A DNA stretch of 64,000 nucleotides from Oopsacas minuta (lineage: Eukaryota > Animalia > Porifera), in contig JAKMXF010000110.1 in NCBI GenBank assembly GCA_024704765.1, forward strand, positions 186,001 through 250,000, read 5' to 3'. Shown here in pieces: positions 56,852 through 64,000 of this stretch. The position numbers were made by a program, and so were the translations under genes. The notes under the pieces were generated by a model. That model was not told where the DNA came from and did no database searches. It saw only the letters and a list, made by a program, of their open reading frames with translations. Every line of letters begins with the position of its first letter. The stretch's first letter is position 1.

Positions 56852-57309
56852 TGCTATACTAGCTAAGGAGAGCATGTAACTTATAATATTATCACTTTGT
56901 AACTCTATTATAGTGTGCGAGTGTTGTGTGTGTGTGCGTTTGTATCACTTTTGTATTAATTAATCTATACAACATTTTCCAGTTATTTAGTGCCTATTTG
57001 TGATGACCGCTTTGAGGAATATTTTCTATTGTAGAAGGCACTTGTACAATAGTTAAGGTCTAAAATGCTTTCGTTTCTCAGTAAACAGTGGAACTTCATT
57101 AATACGCAATGGGTATAACGGTATAATACAATGGAACTTCATTAATGTAAACGCCAACGACCGGTCAAAATGGAATACTAAGTATAGAATAACCGTTAAT
57201 AGGGACTTAATTGTATAATTATCCGTTCGTCTTATACAGAAATACATATTAACTGTCCCTACGAAATTATTCATAATTTTGTCAAAAGCTAATAATTTTT
57301 GAATTATAT

Positions 57310-58397
57310 TTATTTTTTCCTTTCCTTTTTCCATTTATAGACAACTCCTCCATCATTTTTCCTTGTAATTATTGGTTTCTCTTTCTTGATAGCTTTATCA
57401 ATCTCCATCTTCCTAGCTAACTTATTCAGAGTATTTGCTCTCAACTTTCTCTGTTTTAATTCTCTAGACAACTTACTGTCTTTAACAGGATTGTGTATAG
57501 GAGGTTGTAGCATTGAGTTATCTTCTCCATGATCCATTTCATCTACTTGATCTTGATCTGACTGTTTTGTATTATTTTTCTGATCAGCCATATTTTCATA
57601 TTTTAATAATTCTTTCTTGTTACCAACGAATATAATGTGAGTGTTTTCTCTCTTCTCACCTGTGTTCTTTCCTAACAAATATTTACACAGTATTAATATC
57701 GCGGATAAGACGTACGACTTCTTACAAAAAATTTAGTTACTATTAAGAATAATACACTGCCTATTCGGATAGTATCTACTATATTTGGTTTCGCGAAGGT
57801 TCTGAGTTCAACTGTATTAGATAATAGTACAGTTACGTTACCCATAACTTATACTAACCTATAGCTGTAATATAACGACTACTTAAGTAAGGACTCTTAA
57901 GTCTCCGTTATAGACATGTTAAGCTGTCCAAAACGGATTTTTGGATAACTGTATTGACCTTTTTAGAGAATTATCTCTATGTTTGACTATTATTTATGAT
58001 AGAGGGTTCGTATCATACTCGTACCAATAAGTTGTACTTCTCCACGTAATCTCTCTATCTTCTTCTTCTCTCCAGCTAATTTGAAATTAATATAATTCAA
58101 ATCCTGACTTCTAAGGAGCTTCACCTCATCTTTACTCAACTTTTCATCTGTATCTATTATGTGTTGTCCGTCAACTGTCTTCTGTGAAATCATGCGAAAG
58201 TAGAACTCGTCTGGATTTCGATTCTGCGCTTTCTCACGCAATATTTTCAACAAATCTTGCTTCCTGTGATAGTTCTTAGCTCGTAATACATAATCTTTGT
58301 GTTTCTGAAGAAGTCCAAATTTCTTCCTAGCATTTGGCTGAGCTCTCTCTCTGTGAATTTTCTGATACGATTTGTGAGCATTTTTATAGGAACTCAT
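57310..58397 (-). CDS. UTP11: U3 snoRNA-associated protein 11, exons 58397-58025 and 57671-57310
   Basis: HRERAQP..RKKFGLLQKHKDYVLRA..KAQNRNPDEFYFRM; phase-1 join; C-terminal VYKWKKERKK. Confidence 0.93.
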
Positions 58398-58433
58398 TAT
58401 TTTCTTAAATAGGGAAAGATACATTAATTAAAT

Positions 58434-58560
58434 CAGCGGGTCCCAACATGGGGTCCATGGACCCCTTGGTAGTCCACAGATGACAGCAGGGGTCCACAGA
58501 ATGTGTTAAAATTGGTATAAGGATTCACGGGTAAAAAAAAAGATGGGTAAGGAGTTCAAC
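58434..58560. mobile_element. hAT-like MITE family B copy
   Basis: cagcgggtcccaacatggggtccatggacccc...aaattggtataaggattcacgggt. Confidence 0.6.
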
Positions 58561-58809
58561 AAATTTCTTTTTCAAAGAACTGTCTCTGAGGAATAATTCT
58601 CATAAAAATATAAATTAGGAATAATAATAATACCTACATATAAGACAAGAATATGTAAATGAAATATCAATTGAAAATGCGAGTACGCAGAATAAATAGT
58701 GTACAAGTAAGTAGAGGATCGAGTTAGTAGAGAAGTTATAAAATAAGCTAATATTGTACAAGTCGTAAAATGCAAATAATCCGTAATATAAGAGATCGAT
58801 TTGCCAGTT

Positions 58810-61800
58810 TTACACTTTGAGAGATGGCATATGTGAGTTTTGTCCGGGGGTAGGACTCCCTCTTGAGCTAGTGGGGGATGTAGAGGGGCGTGGAGGGAAC
58901 CTACCACTCTTGGATTTCTTGAGAGAAGGCAGTCTCCCACTATTTCTTCCTCTATACACATGCCCGTCATAACCAACTAGATCTAATTCATCCTTCATAC
59001 TCGGACCTGTGTACATGACAGTATAAGGCTCTCCTGGTTCAGGGGATTGAGCCTCTCCACCCCCTGGCCCCGCCCTTAACCGCTTCTGTGTTGACATAAC
59101 AGTGTGTGCTCCTCCACATGCTCGTAGAGATGGTAGAATATCTAACACATCGTATACACCCTGTCCCTGGTTCAATCTCTGATGCTGACGGATTAGATCC
59201 AACTCATAGGTGGTGTAGGGACGAAAACTCTGACGTGTAGGAAGAGTAGCGGCTTGAGGGAGAGAGGGGTATGCTCCTTGTATCTGGGCCTCTACTGGAC
59301 GGTCACAGGAAATACATTTGAAACGACGAACCTATTCAATAAGAGTTGAATTAGTACGTACTATCCGAGTGTATGTCATATCTGAATAGAGATTATATTA
59401 AATGAGTGTAAATTAAATTTTTGGGTTGAATCGTACGTAGTTCACTGTTGAATGTAAGTGGCATCCAAGTGTCCGAATTCTATTGTAATTTCAAATTCAA
59501 TATTCAGTTCCAAGACTTATATAGGTGCATTAAGCTACGAATAAGAGTAACAAGAACAAATGAATAAAATAGTTACCGGTTTTCTCATCCCAGCAGCACT
59601 ATCAGCAACATCTCCTATATTATCTACAGCCTGTTGTTGAGGTATATTTTTCAACTTTTCATCAAGATAGTCCTTCAGAGGTCCGATCTCTTCCTTATTC
59701 AATTTCATATCAACTTCACCACCCATCTGCAGCATAGCTTGTTTCAGTGCATCTTCTTGCTCCTGCATCTTAGCACGTGATAGTCGTATCTCCTCGTCTA
59801 GCTGACTGAATGTACTGTCGACCCATTGTTTACTGGCCTTGTTCTCCAGCTGTTTGCGGTCAGCTTTCTCTTCCATTAGCGATAGAATTTCCTAAACACA
59901 ATACAATCGAAACCAGTTATTTCTTACACCGGGGCTTTTCTTACTTTATTTTCATGCTCAGATTGTAAAGAATGTGGGATTTACATTCATTTTCCTTACT
60001 TTATTTCTGTGCAAATAAATTGAAAGATAAACTGTTTCTACTATATATGAATATACGGATATATACCTCTGTCTATAATCTGTTGGTAAATACAGTTAAC
60101 TCCCGTATATCGAAGTCTGAAATTGTATAAATATGGTCCCAACCGTTAAAGTAACATATATTCCATCGATTATATCGAAGTAATAGTCACGCTCTCTTGA
60201 GCTTCGATTAACAGGAGTTAGTTGACTGTAGTAGAATTTGCAGTTCGCGATACATTTCCTCGACTAATTACGAAAATATTATAATGATAATTGGGTGGCT
60301 AGCGTCACAAAACTTCCATTTTGACTCACACTATCTGCCAAGAGCCAGGCATTAAGGTATCTCTATACAATATTCAGCTCAACTATAACTTCATTAATTT
60401 GTAGCTAACCTTATCAGCTTTATTTTCCTTTAGCATTTCACTCTCTCCGTAAAGTTTTTTAATAAAATCTTTATTGATAGCAATCTCTTCATTAGCATTC
60501 TGACTAGTCTCCATCATTTGATGCTGTTGAGTGTGTAGATCTTCTAGCATTTGTTTCATCTCTGCTACTCTCTCTTCGTCAAGAGCAGAGCTCTTATCAT
60601 CTTCAGGTTGATTCTGTATCTCTGTTACAGCTGTAGCTACATCTACCATAGCTTTATCTACCTCTGTTAGTCTCTCTTTAGCTTGTGCTAGCTGAGATGC
60701 AACCTGTATACATTGGAATATTGTATAATACCTACAGACTCTCATGGGCTATGGGTACCATGACCACACCCAAGTCGACTTGTTTGTTCATGTTAGGTCA
60801 TGTTAGGTCAAGATTGGTTTGCAAGATCATCGCAATATGTCCACAAATTTAAAATTAAGCATATTTTGGATACAAAATCTTGACTTAATCCAACCCAAGA
60901 TAGCTAAACAGAGAGCTTATATCCTACAGAACTAACCTCTTGTAGCTGTTTCTCCCAATCCTCCTGAACAGCTGGTAATCCTTCCAGTGCCTCTAACTTC
61001 AGCTTACTATCTCCTAACATACTCTCTAGCTCAGACATCTTGTGTACTAGATCATCTGGTATATTATGAATCAGGTCAGCTAGCTCTGATTCTAGATCTC
61101 CAAGCTTAGTTTGCATTTCTAGTAGAGTTGACATTAATTGTTCACTATCATCTGGTACCTGTATACATACATCCCTAATTCATATATCAGTTACCATACA
61201 AACTAAGCTTAATAGTACAGTACAACCTCTAAGATCCGAGCACCTCCTTAAGCTCGGTACAAATTTCCCCTAATAGAGTTTACTATTTCCCGTCTAACAC
61301 ATTTCTTAGCAACCACAAACAGTGAAACATCTTGTTTCGCAAAAATCATCTTAAATTTTGTATTCGAAAAACTTGTAACTACCATAGAGTGAGTGTTATT
61401 TCTGAGATCCAGAGACCCTATGGCAGACATTACCCGGATCTTGGAGATTCTACTGTAGTTGGTATACTACATTTCGTTAACTAACAAGAGCCGAAACTTC
61501 ATCTGCTGTAATCTTACCCTCCAGATCCTCCTCCATATTCTTCAATCTCTCCTTAAGGCTCTCATATTCATCAGCTAGCTCTCCTACTACCCTCAAGGCT
61601 TCCACTACCTCAGGACTGGGGTGATCAGCTGGAATTGGAGTACCTGGAGGAGATATCCTGTGCTCCTTGAATGCATCATCCATCTGTTCCCAAGTAATAT
61701 ATTGTTCTAGATCAGTCTTGTTAGCTTTATTAGGCAGGGTATCTGTCTTCAATTCATTCATGCTCTCTTTGAATTGACCTGTTACTTGTTGTACCTTATC

Positions 61801-63985
61801 CCCTACAGTGCTTAGGTTATTCTCCAAGGATGATACTTTCTCCTATACAACGACATTATGTATTAAGTATAATACATCTTATCCTTAACCTAGAAAATTT
61901 CTACAGCTGGGATTTAGCTACACAGTAAATTTCTGTCATATCTAACATAGATATATCGGAATACCCGCCTGTATCGAAGTCTAAAATTGTGCAAATATGG
62001 TCCCAAATCGTCAAAGTAACTACATTTCATTGGTAATATCGAATTGATTATCGCGGTCCCTTGATATAACGGCAGTTGAATATAGATTAGTGTATACCTG
62101 TATTTTAGTAAGAGCAGCACTAGAAGCTTCTCCAGCACCTGATTGTAGGCCCGTTATAGATGTAAATTGACTCTCCAATTCCTTCATACTATTCTCAGCT
62201 TTCTGGTTAGCTGCAGAGCATTGAGTCTTAAGCTCATCTTGTGCATCCTTCAACTCTCTAAATTCACGCATCAGCTGCTCCAGCAGACCTAGAGAAATGA
62301 TCTAAGGTTCATATTTTGTGGAAAATTGCAAACATCGCAGCTGGAATATAAGTAATCAATTCCAAATATAATTACAAGGATTTTGCGACAAATATAGTAA
62401 TTCAAATCTATAAAGATATGAGAAACCGAATTCTAGATGATAGCTATAATATCTTTGAAGAAATCACAATAGTCTAATAAAGAAATATGTCACTATATAT
62501 CAATGTAATGTAATCAGTATTAGACAGTATATATCCGTTATAATATATGGAATATGATACAGATACCGATTTGTATTAGAAACGTGAGTAATTAATGTCT
62601 AGCCCTACATTAGTTACATATGTGTATATATACACGTATGTTGTCAATGAAAATAATTAAACAAGTGGAATAACGAAATGTACAACGAGAGTTCAACAGT
62701 ATTTCTAACTTTTAATGTTCAAAGCAAGATAGAACACTCCTTGATTGGAGTTGGATCGGCTGCTGTTTGCTGTTATGCATGGGGATTGTTAGTATTAATT
62801 GTGTTCTATGGACGTGTTATACAAGATAAATGCAGATGTAATAGAACTAGGACAAGGAGGAGAGAGAGGATAGAGAGGAGTAATGTTGAAAAGGCATCTC
62901 TACCACCAAGTTATAATGAAATAATCAAATCTGATGAATTACCGAAATACGAAGAAATTATTATAACTCTTACAATGAGGGAATTAGATAATAAAATACA
63001 AGTTTGAATATTACCTGTATATTCTATATACGTATGTGTAAATATATAAATAATGAATATGTCAATAAATATGTACAGTAAACATTCCAATTATAAGTTA
63101 GAACCAAGTTTGAAATATCGAAACTATCGTTATAACGAGAGTTTACACCAGTTTTTACAATGTTAGAAATTGGAAAAGTCATTATGTTTAAGGTTAATTA
63201 ACGCTAAATTAAAGTACCTGCGTTTCCTTTGAGTCCACTCTCAATTCCTCCTATCTTACTCTGTAGAGCTAGATAGTCCATTAGATCTTGTACAGGGGTG
63301 GAACCTTCTCTTGCTCGCTCCAATATGTCATCTAGGGATCTGAATGTTTCTAGTTTACTCTCCATTTCTTGTAATTTGAAATCCAGCTCATCAGCACTCT
63401 TCATTACACCGACAACAGACCGACTATATGTAGCATACAATTATATAATTGTTTCTATACGGATTATGAAAATATCTCTCTAAGAAGTGGAAAATATACA
63501 AAAAATTTCAAATCATCCTTTTGTCGAATATACATTTAAGTTCTACCGAGTTCTACTGTACATTCTATAAGTAAAATTTCACTCATTTTCCGAAATTATC
63601 CGAACTATTCCCCTATATAAATCAATATCTACCTATGTGGCGTAGGTGTAGACCGTGTAACCACTACCTTATCCTCCTCACCCTCTACTACTTCTGAAGT
63701 TACAGCCTTCTCTTTCTTCCGTGTAGTCACTACTTTATCCTTCTCACCCTCTAATATTTCTGGAGTTACAGCCTTCTCTTTCTTCCGTGTAGTCACTACT
63801 TTATCCTTCTCACCCTCTACTACTTCTAGAGTTACAGGCTCCTCTTCCTTAACTTCTAGCTTATTCACGATCTCGTGTAGTATAGTATGGAGATGTTTGA
63901 AGTTTACTTCTCCACTGATAGGCTCCCCTAAACTCATATTGATTAGGAGGTGCATATCTTCAAAAGTCACAGTAGAAGCAGGCAT
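58810..63985 (-). CDS. QRICH2/C16orf96-family (DUF4795) coiled-coil protein, at least 8 exons
   Basis: N-terminal VNFKHLHTILHEIV; C-terminal KADRKQLENKASKQWVDSTF..LKDYLDEKLK..AAGMRKP | FKCISCDRPV..RPYTTYELDLIRQH..RACGGAHT. Junctions checked at 63218/62288 and before FKCISC are in frame. Confidence 0.82.
60093..60228. mobile_element. MITE family A copy in intron of the DUF4795 gene
   Basis: TA|cagttaactcccgtatatcgaagtctgaaattg ... ggagttagttgactg|TA. Confidence 0.82.
61923..62082. mobile_element. MITE family A copy in intron of the DUF4795 gene
   Basis: cagtaaatttctgtcatatc ... core atcgaagtctaaaattgtgcaaatatggtcccaaatcgtcaaagtaac ... gatataacggcagttgaa. Confidence 0.75.
62666..63007 (+). 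CDS. Small single-pass membrane protein with cytoplasmic PPSY/LPKY motifs, nested antisense in a DUF4795-gene intron; 5' structure uncertain
   Basis: NES sequon, TM (LIGVGSAAVCCYAWGLLVLIVFY), basic stop-transfer, then LPPSYNEI and LPKYEEI. A possible upstream exon at 62524-62583 (tag|...|gtgagt) is in frame. Confidence 0.6.
   Translation, partial: WNNEMYNESSTVFLTFNVQSKIEHSLIGVGSAAVCCYAWGLLVLIVFYGRVIQDKCRCNRTRTRRRERIERSNVEKASLPPSYNEIIKSDELPKYEEIIITLTMRELDNKIQV
63655..63835 (-). repeat. 66-bp (22-codon) coding tandem repeat, about 2.7 units
   Basis: VTLEVVEGEKDKVVTTRKKEKA / VTPEILEGEKDKVVTTRKKEKA / VTSEVVEGEEDKVVVT. Confidence 0.92.
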
Positions 63986-64000
63986 TCTAATTCAAACTTT

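Noticed and set aside
1-64000. tRNA, rRNA, snRNA/snoRNA or SECIS elements
   Set aside because: No convincing A/B boxes, cloverleaf, C/D box pair or in-frame TGA selenoprotein candidate seen by eye; tRNAscan-SE and Infernal would be needed to exclude them.

Overview
AT-rich, gene-dense eukaryotic (metazoan) DNA with short GT-AG introns; the compact layout, many intronless genes and coiled-coil+NHL expansions suggest a non-bilaterian such as a glass sponge (inference, not proven). About 27 protein-coding loci. Conserved genes: CC2D1/Lgd, ZNF593, MLH1, LRRC9, MRPL16, an ADP-ribosylglycohydrolase, DPY30, SCAMP, ACBD4/5-like, RPS14, ODAD1/CCDC114, Tectonic, myosin regulatory light chain, UTP11 and a QRICH2/C16orf96-like gene. 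Lineage-specific arrays: two hydrophobic-Ubl-ADP-ribosyltransferase-fold genes, an NHL-propeller cluster, two genes with an unusual CX2CX12-13HX7C zinc finger, and five PLAC8/cornifelin genes in an inverted array. Two genes are nested in introns of other genes. Mobile DNA includes a decayed DD37E Tc1/mariner element, a non-autonomous Helitron and several MITE families (pogo-like, hAT-like, PIF-like). No rRNA, tRNA or CRISPR was seen. The best candidates for new biology are the Ubl(GG)-ART pair, the atypical C2HC finger family built by phase-1 exon duplication, the 7TM gene nested on the same strand inside ZNF593, and a CC2D1 with five DM14 repeats.
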